Positions 8,142 to 17,918 of a stretch of 58,198 nucleotides of DNA are shown here, in pieces. The stretch is from a virus. Taxonomy: Duplodnaviria; Caudoviricetes. The notes beneath the pieces were generated by a model. It did not search any database. It was given only the letters and a program-made list of their open reading frames with translations, and was not told where the DNA came from. The first letter of the stretch is position 1. Every line of letters begins with the position of its first letter. Both the position numbers and the translations under genes were made by a program. The DNA is taken from positions 1-58,198 of the IMG/VR virus record IMGVR_UViG_3300020215_000057; one strand, written 5' to 3'.

Positions 8142-10289
8142 TTGGCTGTGGCCCACACAAATTCCGATAATACCGAAAGCTCTCAAGAAGAGAAAGACGA
8201 AACGTCGCACGCCGAAAATCTCATTGAGACGGCAAAGAAGCGATTTCAATTAGCGGTTGATGCTGAAAGCGAAATCAGAACCGCAGCGCTTGAAGATCTT
8301 AGATTTTCCATAGGCGAACAGTGGCCTGAAAACATAAAAGCCGACCGCGAAACTCAGCGCAGACCCACTCTCACCATCAATCGCCTTCCACAATTCATTA
8401 GACAGGTCACAAACGATCAGCGCCAAAACCGCCCATCCATAAAAGTGTCACCCGTTGATAACGGTGCTGATCCCGATAGCGCTAAAGTCCGCCAAGGGCT
8501 AATCCGTCACATTGAATACTCCTCTAATGCCGACGTGGCCTATGACGTGGCCTTTGATGGCGCGGTCCGAAAGGGCCTGGGCTATTTCCGTATCACGACG
8601 GAATACTGCGACCCGCTGAGCTTTGATCAGGACATTAAAATCAAGGCCGTTCCCGATTCGTTTTTAGTTTATCTAGATCCGTTTTCTCAAGAGCCAGACG
8701 GCAGTGACGCCAATTGGGGTTTTGTTTTTGAGGACGTAAACGAGGACGACTACAAAGCGCAGTATCCAGGGACCAAGCTCACAAAAGAAAGCGACTGGTC
8801 CTCTCTTGGCGATACGTCAGGCTGGATCAAGGAAAAGTCCGCCCGAATTGCCGAGTATTTTTACAAAGAATTTAAGTCCGTCAAAATCTTTCAAATGTCT
8901 GACGGCTCAGTCGTTCGCGATGACGACGAGGCTGGAAAGCAAATGGCCGCGGCCAATATGCTTCAAATCAAAAACGAGCGCACCGCCATGCTCCCCGTTG
9001 TCCATTGGGCGAAGATCAATGGCCTTGAGGTTTTAGACGAAAAGGAATGGGCGGGCTCTTATATCCCAATCATTCCGGTCTATGGGGACCGCATCTTCAT
9101 TGACGGTAAAAAGGTCCTTGAGGGCATAGTCCGCCACGCAAAAGATCCGCAAAGAATGCTCAACTACTGGGAAAGCGCGAAAACAGAGACTATCGCTCTT
9201 GCGCCGAAAGCCCCCTGGATTATCGCAGGCTCACAAATCAAGGGCTATGAGAAAATGTGGGAGACGGCGAACACAGAAAACTATTCCGCTCTCATCTATA
9301 ACGCTCAGTCTTTAAATAATACTCCACTCCCACCTCCACAGAGAAATTCATACGAGCCGCCAGTGCAGGCCATGACCATGGCGCTTCGTGAATCAGGCGA
9401 GCACTTGAAAGAAACCACCGGCGTCTACGACGCTGCGATGGGGGCGAAATCAAACGAAACCTCAGGTGTCGCGATTCAGCGCCGAAGCCAGCAGGCTCAG
9501 ACTTCAAACTTCCATTTCGTCGATAACCTTTCGCGCTCTTTAAGACACGCCGGGCGCATAATTTTAGAGCTTATTCCAAAGATCTACGACACCGAACGTG
9601 CCGTTAGAATCATTGGCGAGGACGATAGTGAAGAAATAAAAATAGTAAATCAAATTGTTGATCCTGAAACAAACGGGCCAGGGATCAATCTTTCCTCAGG
9701 CAAATACGACATTATTGTTCAAACAGGCCCAAGCTATGCGACGAAGCGCCAAGAGGCCGCTGAGCACATGCTTGAGTTTATCAAGGTGTTCCCCGCCGCC
9801 GCTCAAGTGGTGGGCGACCTTGTGGCGAAGAACTTAGATTTCCCTGGTGCTGGCGATTTCCAAGAGCGCCTTAAGGCTATGGTGCCGCCTGAGTATATCA
9901 AGGACAAAAAGAAGCCCGAAGTAGATCCAGAAATGCAGGCGCAGCTTCAGCAGATGCAACAAATGGTTGATCAGCTCACTGAACAACTAAACCTAAAAAC
10001 CTCACAAATTGAAACTAAGACTTTAGAGCTTGAATCTAAAGAGCGCATCGAAATGGCGAAACTCCAAGTCGTCGTTGAAACGAAACTCGCCGAGCTTGGC
10101 GCAAAAGAGGGCATGTTCGCCCTTCAGCAAGAGATTGCTCAGATTGAAAATCGTCTGAATCTCTTGAATCAAAATCAACCAATCCAAAATCAAAATCAAG
10201 GCGCGGGACCTTCTGAGCCCATGGCGCCTGAGCAAGTTCAAGAACAACAACCTGCTGGCGGATTCTCGCCTGGCGGAATGGAGTACTAA
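8142..10289 (+). CDS. P22-like portal protein
   Basis: GEQW..RPTLTINRL, YIPIIPVYG, SGVAI, GPSYATKRQEA, C-terminal coiled-coil barrel. Confidence 0.93.
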   Translation: MAVAHTNSDNTESSQEEKDETSHAENLIETAKKRFQLAVDAESEIRTAALEDLRFSIGEQWPENIKADRETQRRPTLTINRLPQFIRQVTNDQRQNRPSIKVSPVDNGADPDSAKVRQGLIRHIEYSSNADVAYDVAFDGAVRKGLGYFRITTEYCDPLSFDQDIKIKAVPDSFLVYLDPFSQEPDGSDANWGFVFEDVNEDDYKAQYPGTKLTKESDWSSLGDTSGWIKEKSARIAEYFYKEFKSVKIFQMSDGSVVRDDDEAGKQMAAANMLQIKNERTAMLPVVHWAKINGLEVLDEKEWAGSYIPIIPVYGDRIFIDGKKVLEGIVRHAKDPQRMLNYWESAKTETIALAPKAPWIIAGSQIKGYEKMWETANTENYSALIYNAQSLNNTPLPPPQRNSYEPPVQAMTMALRESGEHLKETTGVYDAAMGAKSNETSGVAIQRRSQQAQTSNFHFVDNLSRSLRHAGRIILELIPKIYDTERAVRIIGEDDSEEIKIVNQIVDPETNGPGINLSSGKYDIIVQTGPSYATKRQEAAEHMLEFIKVFPAAAQVVGDLVAKNLDFPGAGDFQERLKAMVPPEYIKDKKKPEVDPEMQAQLQQMQQMVDQLTEQLNLKTSQIETKTLELESKERIEMAKLQVVVETKLAELGAKEGMFALQQEIAQIENRLNLLNQNQPIQNQNQGAGPSEPMAPEQVQEQQPAGGFSPGGMEY

Positions 10290-11212
10290 TGCCTATAGAA
10301 GTCGTGTCCACAGAGGCCACACAAACGCAAGCGACGGCGGAGAAGTCTGCTGAAGTCGTAAAAAACACCGAGGCTGAAACGCCAAAAGAAACGCCCGAGC
10401 TTGTTGCGCAAGACGCTATCGAGACGGACGAGGACAATTCGGAAGGTCCTGAAAACGAGGAAGAGGAAAGTGACTCGAAAGAGGCCGCTATTGAAAAGCC
10501 TAAAAAATCAGGCTCTCAAAGGCGCAAGGAAAAGATTGAAAAGCAAAGATTGGAGATTGAGTTTTTGCGCGAGCAATTGCTGAAAACCGCTCCACAAAAA
10601 GCTGATCAATCTGTCCAGGAAAAGCCCGTTCAAAAAGCTGAAGGCAAGCCAGACCCGAACGATCCAAAATACGAGAACTACGAGCAATATCTCGCGGACC
10701 TTGTTGACTGGACGGCGGAGCAGAAGCTCACGGCAAAAGAGCGAAAGGCTAATGAAGAAAAGCTTAAGGCCGAAATTGAAACCAAGACTGAAACCTTTAA
10801 GACCAGATTGAATGAATTTGCCGAAAAGCATGAGGACTATGACGACGTGGCCGAATCGGTCGCTGACGTTAGAATTCCTCTAACTTTATGGAACCACATT
10901 CAAGAGTCTGAAAACGGCATTGAGCTTTGGTATCAATTAGCGAAAACGGATGTTGCTGAATACAAACGTATCTGCAGCCTCCCGCCGTCACAACAAATGA
11001 TTGCGGTCGGAAAGTTCGAAGCCCGCCTAGAGTCTCAAAAATCCACTCCTCAAAAAGAAACGAAAGTTTCAAAAGCACCCGCGCCCATTAGCCCCGTCGG
11101 GGCGAAGTCGTCTGGAAGCGTAAAGAAATCAATTTACGATCCGAACATTTCGCAAGCCGAATTCGAGGCCGTGGTGAGGGAACAGGAAAAGCGTCGCTCG
11201 GCATGGGGCTGA
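10289..11212 (+). CDS. Capsid scaffolding protein
   Basis: Acidic helical protein between portal and coat; KAPAPISPV tail. Confidence 0.8.
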   Translation: MPIEVVSTEATQTQATAEKSAEVVKNTEAETPKETPELVAQDAIETDEDNSEGPENEEEESDSKEAAIEKPKKSGSQRRKEKIEKQRLEIEFLREQLLKTAPQKADQSVQEKPVQKAEGKPDPNDPKYENYEQYLADLVDWTAEQKLTAKERKANEEKLKAEIETKTETFKTRLNEFAEKHEDYDDVAESVADVRIPLTLWNHIQESENGIELWYQLAKTDVAEYKRICSLPPSQQMIAVGKFEARLESQKSTPQKETKVSKAPAPISPVGAKSSGSVKKSIYDPNISQAEFEAVVREQEKRRSAWG

Positions 11213-11268
11213 GCTACATAAATTTAACTTTAACCTTTGCCCCATAACTAGGGGCCAGGAGTTTTAAA

Positions 11269-12510
11269 ATGAGTAATAGTCTTTTAACAAACGACGTCAT
11301 CACGAAACGTTGCATGATGTCTCTTAAAAACGCACTGGTATTGGCCAGAGGCGTAACCCGCGAATACTCTGACGAGTTTTCAAAATCAGGCGCCAAAATC
11401 GGTAACGTATTAAACATCCGTAAGCCTTCACGCTACGAAGTCACCTCAGGCGCTACATTGAACATTCAAGACAGTGTTGATCAATCAGTCGCCCTGACTC
11501 TTGATAAGCACTATCACGTCGGCATGGCTTTCAGCCAAGTTGATCGTACTTTGTCTTTAGATAAATTCACTGAGCGTTACATCGATCCCGCCATGATCGC
11601 GCTTGCTAACAAAATCGATAGCCAATTGGCCATTGATATGTACAAGTCCGTTTTCACGGCTGTCGGCGTTCCAAGCGCCTCCGCTCTTCCTTCCACCCTT
11701 AAGGGCTTCGTGCAAGCAAAAGCCTATATGGAGTTGTTGGGCGCCCCTGTTGGTCAATACAACTCTGTTGTTGACCCGCTTGTGCAAGCCTCAATGGTTG
11801 ATGGATTGAAAGGCCTTTTCCAATCTTCTGAGAAAATCGCTGAGCAGTACGAGCAGGGCCTGATGGGTATCGCTGGCGGATGTAAATTCTCATCTTCTGC
11901 GAACGTTCCAAAGCACACCGCTGGTGCGGTTGCTGGAACTCCCGCGATCAAGACCACAATCAGCACTCAAGGCGCGACCACAATCGACGCCGACGGTATC
12001 ACTGGCTCCATCACTAACTGCTACAAAGCAGGCGATGTGATTCAGATTGCTGGCGTTTACGCTGTTAACCCGCAAACTCGCCAGTCCACTGGCTTCTTAA
12101 AACAGTTTGTTGTAACCGCCGACACCAATTCTTCTTCAAACGAAATCGCATCTCTTCCGATCAGCCCCGCTATCTACTCCACTGGTCAATACCAGAACGT
12201 AGACGCTCTGCCGGTTGATGGCGCTGCGATCACTTTGTTCGGTGCTGCGAACACCTATGCTAGCGTCGTTGCCCCACAGAACCTGGTTTACCATAAATCA
12301 GCTTTCGCTATGGGTGTTGCTGACCTTGAGCTTCCTGGTGGAAACGCAAAAGCCACTCGCGCCACAGACAAAGACGCAGGTCTTTCTCTGTTGATGACCG
12401 AGCAGTTCGACATCGTTAACTACCGCACAATTCATCGTATCGATTTCTTGGGCGGATGGAAGTGCGTGTATCCGGAGCTTGCCGCTCGTGTAGTCGGACA
12501 GCCTGCTTAA
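11269..12510 (+). CDS. P22-like major capsid (coat) protein
   Basis: MSNSLLT..KIG..LNIRKP; C-terminal RIDFLGGW..YPELA. Confidence 0.93.
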   Translation: MSNSLLTNDVITKRCMMSLKNALVLARGVTREYSDEFSKSGAKIGNVLNIRKPSRYEVTSGATLNIQDSVDQSVALTLDKHYHVGMAFSQVDRTLSLDKFTERYIDPAMIALANKIDSQLAIDMYKSVFTAVGVPSASALPSTLKGFVQAKAYMELLGAPVGQYNSVVDPLVQASMVDGLKGLFQSSEKIAEQYEQGLMGIAGGCKFSSSANVPKHTAGAVAGTPAIKTTISTQGATTIDADGITGSITNCYKAGDVIQIAGVYAVNPQTRQSTGFLKQFVVTADTNSSSNEIASLPISPAIYSTGQYQNVDALPVDGAAITLFGAANTYASVVAPQNLVYHKSAFAMGVADLELPGGNAKATRATDKDAGLSLLMTEQFDIVNYRTIHRIDFLGGWKCVYPELAARVVGQPA

Positions 12511-12524
12511 TAAAAACCCGCATG

Positions 12525-12556
12525 AGGGCCAGCGCATAGGGTGCTGGCTCTTTTTT
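12525..12556 (+). terminator. Rho-independent terminator after the coat gene
   Basis: AGGGCCAGCGC-loop-GTGCTGGCTC + T6. Confidence 0.8.
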
Positions 12557-12582
12557 GTTTAAAACTTTTAAGGAGAAATTAA

Positions 12583-12912
12583 ATGAACACAGCTACTGAT
12601 TCTTTAGAAACAAACACGCCAAAGACAGGCGGCGGAATGGCCGTGGGCCAATCTTCCTCTGATTTGGTTGGCTTTTGGGGCGCGACTCCTGTCGATCAGC
12701 CCGCATCTCTCACGGCACAGCTCACCACTATTACGCACACTGAGCCCGGTACTCCGGATTATGCAATTCAAGGCATTACCAACTCATCGCCCTTTGGCTT
12801 TGTGTCGGCCGATGAAGGTAACTCGGTCTTGAAGGTTATTAAGAACCTGCAAACCCGTTTGGCCGAAGTTGAAGCCCGCCTTGAAGAGGCTGGCCTGATT
12901 GCCGCGAACTAA
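12583..12912 (+). CDS. Probable head decoration/accessory protein
   Basis: AAGGAG RBS; VGFWGATPV..C-terminal LEEAGLIA pattern typical after P22-like coats. Confidence 0.65.
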   Translation: MNTATDSLETNTPKTGGGMAVGQSSSDLVGFWGATPVDQPASLTAQLTTITHTEPGTPDYAIQGITNSSPFGFVSADEGNSVLKVIKNLQTRLAEVEARLEEAGLIAAN

Positions 12913-13028
12913 GTCCATCTCCACATAGGGACGTGTGGACGGCAGGGGCCCTGGGGTGACGTTTTTATTAACGGTTGCCCCGATTGGCAGCGCCCGAGGG
13001 CCCCTGAATTTTTACGAGAAAGGTTTTT

Positions 13029-13247
13029 ATGCACGTGTTTCCAAAATGGTTTTATCACCCTGAAAAAATTGACGGCCTCATTGTCCACTCGCAAGCACAG
13101 TTGGATGGCCTTGGTGAGGGCTGGGTGCATTCGACCGCTGACTTTCCTCCAAAAGAGGAGCCCGCAGACACTTATCAAGAGCACATGGAAAAGTGGGAAT
13201 CAAAAGAAGAAAAGAAAAAGCCCTCAAAAAAAGGGAAACATAAATAA
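13029..13247 (+). CDS. Small head-associated hypothetical protein
   Basis: FPKWFYHP..GW motif, Lys-rich tail; position. Confidence 0.65.
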   Translation: MHVFPKWFYHPEKIDGLIVHSQAQLDGLGEGWVHSTADFPPKEEPADTYQEHMEKWESKEEKKKPSKKGKHK

Positions 13248-13951
13248 TGGGCACCGCCAGGGATCGCATCACTAGAATGATGAGACTCATCGGTGCTATC
13301 GCCCAGGGGCAAACCCCCTCAGCACCTGAAATCGCTGACGGCATTACCGCAATGAACGGCATGTTCGGCCAGTGGTCAGCTGACGGCTTTGTTATCCCAA
13401 ACGCTGTCAGAGAAGAGTTTTCCCTGGTCTCGGGGACCGCAAGCTACACCATGGGGCCATCGGCGACCTTTAACACTTCTCGCCCCACAAACATCGTTAG
13501 AGCGACAATTGAAATTCAAGACGCTAACCCCTATGAGACCGCACCAGTCGATATTATTACCGTTGAAGATTACGCCGATATTTCAAATAAAGCGACCGCA
13601 GGTACGCCGACAAAACTCTATGTTGAGCACACGGCCACACAAATCACGCTTTATCTTTGGCCCGTGCCTGATGCTGCGAACAAAATTGCTCTTTATTCGG
13701 AAAAGCCCTTAACCCTGATCACCGACGCCTCAGACAATGTGACGCTCCCACCAGGGTATGACGACCTTATCGACTTCAATGGCGCTGTTCGTTTAGCGCC
13801 TGAATACGGAAAAGCGGTATCGGCGGAAGTCGCAAGCATCGCTCAATCGACACTTGAAACCATACAGAGAAAGAATTTAAAGCCCCAAACCCTAAGCGTC
13901 GACGCGGCTCTTTTGGGTGGGAAAAGATACAACATTTACACAGGACCTTGA
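13247..13951 (+). CDS. Head-to-tail adaptor (P22 gp4-like)
   Basis: Position; LPPGY..L..N.AVRLAPEYG motif. Confidence 0.8.
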   Translation: MGTARDRITRMMRLIGAIAQGQTPSAPEIADGITAMNGMFGQWSADGFVIPNAVREEFSLVSGTASYTMGPSATFNTSRPTNIVRATIEIQDANPYETAPVDIITVEDYADISNKATAGTPTKLYVEHTATQITLYLWPVPDAANKIALYSEKPLTLITDASDNVTLPPGYDDLIDFNGAVRLAPEYGKAVSAEVASIAQSTLETIQRKNLKPQTLSVDAALLGGKRYNIYTGP

Positions 13952-13952
13952 T

Positions 13953-15401
13953 TTGCGCTTTGAGGGGTTCGTTGGCCAAAGTTATGTAGCAAACTCTGTC
14001 AATTTGAATTGTCAGCGCACAATGAATTTGTACCCAGAGACCGACGAATCAGGATACGGCAAAGAGCGCACGGTTATGTCCCTTATCCGCGTGTCAGGCT
14101 ATAGACTTTTAAATGGCGCAGGCTCCGGCCCCCAGCGGGGGATGTTCGTAACTGCAAGTGGGCGTGCGTTTACAGTTTCCGGCACAACACTTTATGAGAT
14201 TACTGATGTTGACGTGCCAGTTAGTCGCGGCATTTTAAGCACCTCCACAGGTCAAGTGAGCATTGAGGAAAACGGCGTTCATCTTCTCATGGTGGACGGG
14301 ACGGCTGGCTACACGTTTGAGCTTTCTACAAATACATTCGCCACGATCACCGATGAGGATTTCCCGAACGGCGCAAAGCGCGTGAGTTTCATTGACGGGT
14401 ATTTCATCGTTGACGTCCCCGGCACGGGACGCTTTCAGCACTCAGACTTAAATGCCGTCACTTGGGACGCGCTTGATGACGGCGAAGGTGAGTCAAATCC
14501 TGATTATTTGGTCGGGCACGTATCATTCAACCAGGGCGTTTGGCTATTTAGCGCGAAAACGACTGAGGTGTTTTTTAACTCTGGCGAATCGAGCAACACT
14601 TTTCAAAGAGTCTCGGGCGCCGTGATCGACATGGGCTGTGCGGCGGCGTTTAGCATTCAGGTCATAGCCGAAACCGTGTGCTGGCTTGGGCAAAACAAAA
14701 AGGGCTTTGGCGGCGTATACGCGGCTCAAGGCTATCAGCCACAAAAGATTTCAACAACCGCTGTCGATATTGCAATTCAATCTTACGGCGATGTAAGTGA
14801 CGCTACCTCCTGGTCCTATCAGATGGACGGGCACAGTTTCTATGTTCTAAACTTTCCGACCGCTGACAAAACTTGGGTGTTTGATCTTTCAACGCGAATG
14901 TGGCACGAGCGCGGGTATTTCAATAACGGCGAATTTTCTAGAGACAGAATCGATTGCCATATCTTTTTTAACAACATGCACATTGTGGGCGATTCTGAAT
15001 CAAGCGCTCTTTATAAGATCGATAAAAACTATCACTATCAAGACATCTCGGGCGCGAATGAAATCAGGTGGGAGCGCACAGTACCCCATGTGACCTCGGG
15101 CCTTACGAATGTGTTCCATAATTCGCTTGAAATAGATATGCACGTTGGCGTTGGCCTTGACGGCGCGATTACGACTCAAGGTTATGACCCGCAAGTAATA
15201 CTTCAGTTTTCAGACGACGATGGGCGCACTTGGTCTAGCGAAATCCCGGCCTCCATGGGGAAGTTGGGCGAAACACAAACGAGAGTAAAATTCAACCGCC
15301 TGGGCCGATCAAGAAAGCGCGTTTATAGGCTCTCGGGCTCTGAACCCGTAAAGACAATAATCCTGGGCGCTGAAATAGAGTTAGAAAAGGGGGCTAGCTA
15401 A
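13953..15401 (+). CDS. Tail hub / packaged-DNA stabilisation protein (P22 gp10-like)
   Basis: RTMNLYPE, FIDGYF, DGHSFYVLNFP, WHER, SDDDGRTW; TTG start inferred. Confidence 0.88.
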   Translation: MRFEGFVGQSYVANSVNLNCQRTMNLYPETDESGYGKERTVMSLIRVSGYRLLNGAGSGPQRGMFVTASGRAFTVSGTTLYEITDVDVPVSRGILSTSTGQVSIEENGVHLLMVDGTAGYTFELSTNTFATITDEDFPNGAKRVSFIDGYFIVDVPGTGRFQHSDLNAVTWDALDDGEGESNPDYLVGHVSFNQGVWLFSAKTTEVFFNSGESSNTFQRVSGAVIDMGCAAAFSIQVIAETVCWLGQNKKGFGGVYAAQGYQPQKISTTAVDIAIQSYGDVSDATSWSYQMDGHSFYVLNFPTADKTWVFDLSTRMWHERGYFNNGEFSRDRIDCHIFFNNMHIVGDSESSALYKIDKNYHYQDISGANEIRWERTVPHVTSGLTNVFHNSLEIDMHVGVGLDGAITTQGYDPQVILQFSDDDGRTWSSEIPASMGKLGETQTRVKFNRLGRSRKRVYRLSGSEPVKTIILGAEIELEKGAS

Positions 15402-16366
15402 TGGCTGGTGAGAACGTACTCCCCCCAATTCCCTATGCCACGCCTGTGGTGGACGCAAACGGCAGGGTCACCCACGCATGGAAAAGCTTTCTCCACGAGC
15501 TTTACCGTAGAGCCGGCGGCGCCGTTGCCCTTGATAACCTAACCCTTGAAGAATTAATCGACGGTGTTTTTGATAACCTCGCCATCACGACAAATACAAT
15601 TTCCTCTACAAATACAAATGGCGATATCATTTTCGACCCTAACGGCACGGGGAAAGTTAAGTTCTCTGATGCCACAGCTTCCCGCTTAGCGCTCTTTGAT
15701 TCTGATAAGGGCTTAGTTTCATCAACTATCACGGAAACCGTGGCCGGGTATTTAGACCCAACAAGCTCCGTTCAGACGCAGCTAAACACAAAAGTCACCA
15801 ACCCCATGACCACCGGGGGCGATACGATTTACGGCGGCGCTTCGGGTGTGCCGACACGTCTGGCGAATGGAACAGTAAAATATGTTTACGAGTCAGGCGG
15901 CGGGACCGCTGCACCCGTATGGGCTAACAACACTTCGTTTACGGCCACAAGAGCCACTTCAAACCAAACGGGTATTAACCCAAACGATTCGGCCGTCAAA
16001 GTTGCTTTCAACTCCGCTAGCATCGATACGGATACGGACTTCGACACTACAAACAACCGCTACACGGTTTCGGTCGCAGGACACTATCTTTTTAACGCCT
16101 CAGTTTCAGTAGCGGGGACGAACGTTCTTGCGAACAGGTATGGCCTTTGGCTCTTCAAGAACGGCGCCTTTACTTCTTATCTGGGGGGCTATCTCTGGCC
16201 CACGGCAGGCACTGGATTTACTATTGGCGGCCCAAGCGCCATTGTTTCCGCCGCAGCGAATGATTATTTCGAAGTATTTCTCTACGGCACGGGCAACAAC
16301 TCAGCCTCGACACTAACCGTGCCATCAAACGGCTCCTCACATTTTTCAGGGTTTAGGGTGCGCTGA
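15401..16366 (+). CDS. Tail needle/fibre-like protein with C-terminal C1q-like domain
   Basis: gp26 position; VAFNS..DFDTTNNRYTVSVAGHYLFNASV..LFKNG..DYFEVF..HFSGFRV. Confidence 0.7.
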   Translation: MAGENVLPPIPYATPVVDANGRVTHAWKSFLHELYRRAGGAVALDNLTLEELIDGVFDNLAITTNTISSTNTNGDIIFDPNGTGKVKFSDATASRLALFDSDKGLVSSTITETVAGYLDPTSSVQTQLNTKVTNPMTTGGDTIYGGASGVPTRLANGTVKYVYESGGGTAAPVWANNTSFTATRATSNQTGINPNDSAVKVAFNSASIDTDTDFDTTNNRYTVSVAGHYLFNASVSVAGTNVLANRYGLWLFKNGAFTSYLGGYLWPTAGTGFTIGGPSAIVSAAANDYFEVFLYGTGNNSASTLTVPSNGSSHFSGFRVR

Positions 16367-16836
16367 TGAATCAAATCATGTGTCCCATAATTTTAAGAGA
16401 GAAAATCCAAAAGCTAGAGGATGAAATCCTTCAAAGCCCGAACGCGCTTGATCCGAAAAGCCTAAAGACCGTTCATTATTTGGCAAAAGGGCTTTACGCC
16501 CGCGAGCTAACTATCCCTAAAAACTACATGCTGACGGGAATGGTTCATAAGTGCGAGCACATAAATATTATTTCTAAGGGTCGCATTTTAGTTCTCACCG
16601 AGGACGGGCCCAAAGAGATTGTTGCGCCATGCACTTTGATTTCAAAGCCCGGCATAAAGCGCGTGGGCTTGGCGCTTGAGGAAACCGTTTGGACGACAAT
16701 TCACGCTAATGTCACAGATGAAACGGAAATTGAAAAACTAGAGCAGGAGTTAGTCGTCGATACATACGAGGACTACGAGAAATATTTATTAGGCAAAGAG
16801 CCACAGGAGGGCGAATGTCTTTTGTCAAGGCCGTAA
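16366..16836 (+). CDS. Cupin-fold conserved podophage protein
   Basis: H..GLYAREL.IP..LTG.VHK..H..IISKG..WTTIH. Confidence 0.7.
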   Translation: MNQIMCPIILREKIQKLEDEILQSPNALDPKSLKTVHYLAKGLYARELTIPKNYMLTGMVHKCEHINIISKGRILVLTEDGPKEIVAPCTLISKPGIKRVGLALEETVWTTIHANVTDETEIEKLEQELVVDTYEDYEKYLLGKEPQEGECLLSRP

Positions 16837-17918
16837 CCACGGTCGTACAGGCCGATCAGAGCAAAAAACAGGGTAAGCGTATGGAAAACGCTGCCAACTA
16901 TTCAAACCTAACCCAATCCCAGCAGTATCAACAACAGCGCGATGACCTTGAGCCGTGGCGCCAGGCCGGCGGGAATGCGCTCGGAGATTTGATGGCGGGC
17001 TTCGGACACAAGGCCCCGGAATTGGGGGAAAATTACGGCCTCAACGACCAAGAAATTCAGCTCGCAAATAATTACAAAATGCTTTTAGAAAAATCACCCG
17101 CCGCGAACGACAAAAATAGTTATTTCGCAAAAACCTGGGGCGCTGAGCTTGAAAAGCTCACTAAAAAGAGTGAGGAGGCGAAGCGCCTTGCCACACCAAC
17201 AACAACGACTGAAGAAAACTATTTCAATAAAGATTTCTCCATGGCCGATTTTGAAAAAGATCCAGGCTATGCGTTTCGCTTAGCCGAGGGCCAGAAAGCT
17301 CTAGAAAGATCCGCCGCCGCCCGTGGTGGACGAAACTCCGGCGGCACGATGAAGGCCCTTCAAGCTCACGGCCAGGGCATGGCAAGTGAAGAATACGCAA
17401 ACGCCTTCAATCGCTATAATGCTAATCGCGACTCTCGATATAACCGCCTTGCGAACCTAGCGGGAATGGGACAGGTCGCAACTCAACAGGTCGGCCAAGC
17501 CGGTCAAAACTACGCCAATCAGTATTCAAACAACCTGATGGGCGGCGCGAACGCTCGGGCGGCGGGAAGCATCGCCGGCACAAACGCATTTACAAACTTC
17601 GCAAAGGAAACAGAAGAGAACGCGGCAAAGGCGGCTGGGTTTGTGTACTGTGACGAGCGCCTAAAGGAGAACATTTCTGACGTTTCGCCAGAAGATTTCG
17701 CGGAGCTAGCTGAGGCGATCAAGCCAAAAATGTTCACGTATAAAAACGGTGAGCATGGCGTTGGTCAGTTTGTCGGGCCGATGGCTCAGGACATTGAACA
17801 CACGAAACTCGGGAAAACTCTCGTTTATGAAAATTCACAGGGCCAGAAAGTCCTCGATCAAGAAAAAGTCTTGATGCTTCTCTTGGCGCAACTTGGGAGC
17901 AAAAAATCATGCCACTAG
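16815..17918 (+). CDS. DNA ejection/pilot protein with C-terminal peptidase-S74-like chaperone domain
   Basis: DPGYAFRL.EG..ALERSAAARGG..SG; C-terminal CDERLKENI..GPMAQDIE. Confidence 0.8.
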   Translation: MSFVKAVTTVVQADQSKKQGKRMENAANYSNLTQSQQYQQQRDDLEPWRQAGGNALGDLMAGFGHKAPELGENYGLNDQEIQLANNYKMLLEKSPAANDKNSYFAKTWGAELEKLTKKSEEAKRLATPTTTTEENYFNKDFSMADFEKDPGYAFRLAEGQKALERSAAARGGRNSGGTMKALQAHGQGMASEEYANAFNRYNANRDSRYNRLANLAGMGQVATQQVGQAGQNYANQYSNNLMGGANARAAGSIAGTNAFTNFAKETEENAAKAAGFVYCDERLKENISDVSPEDFAELAEAIKPKMFTYKNGEHGVGQFVGPMAQDIEHTKLGKTLVYENSQGQKVLDQEKVLMLLLAQLGSKKSCH

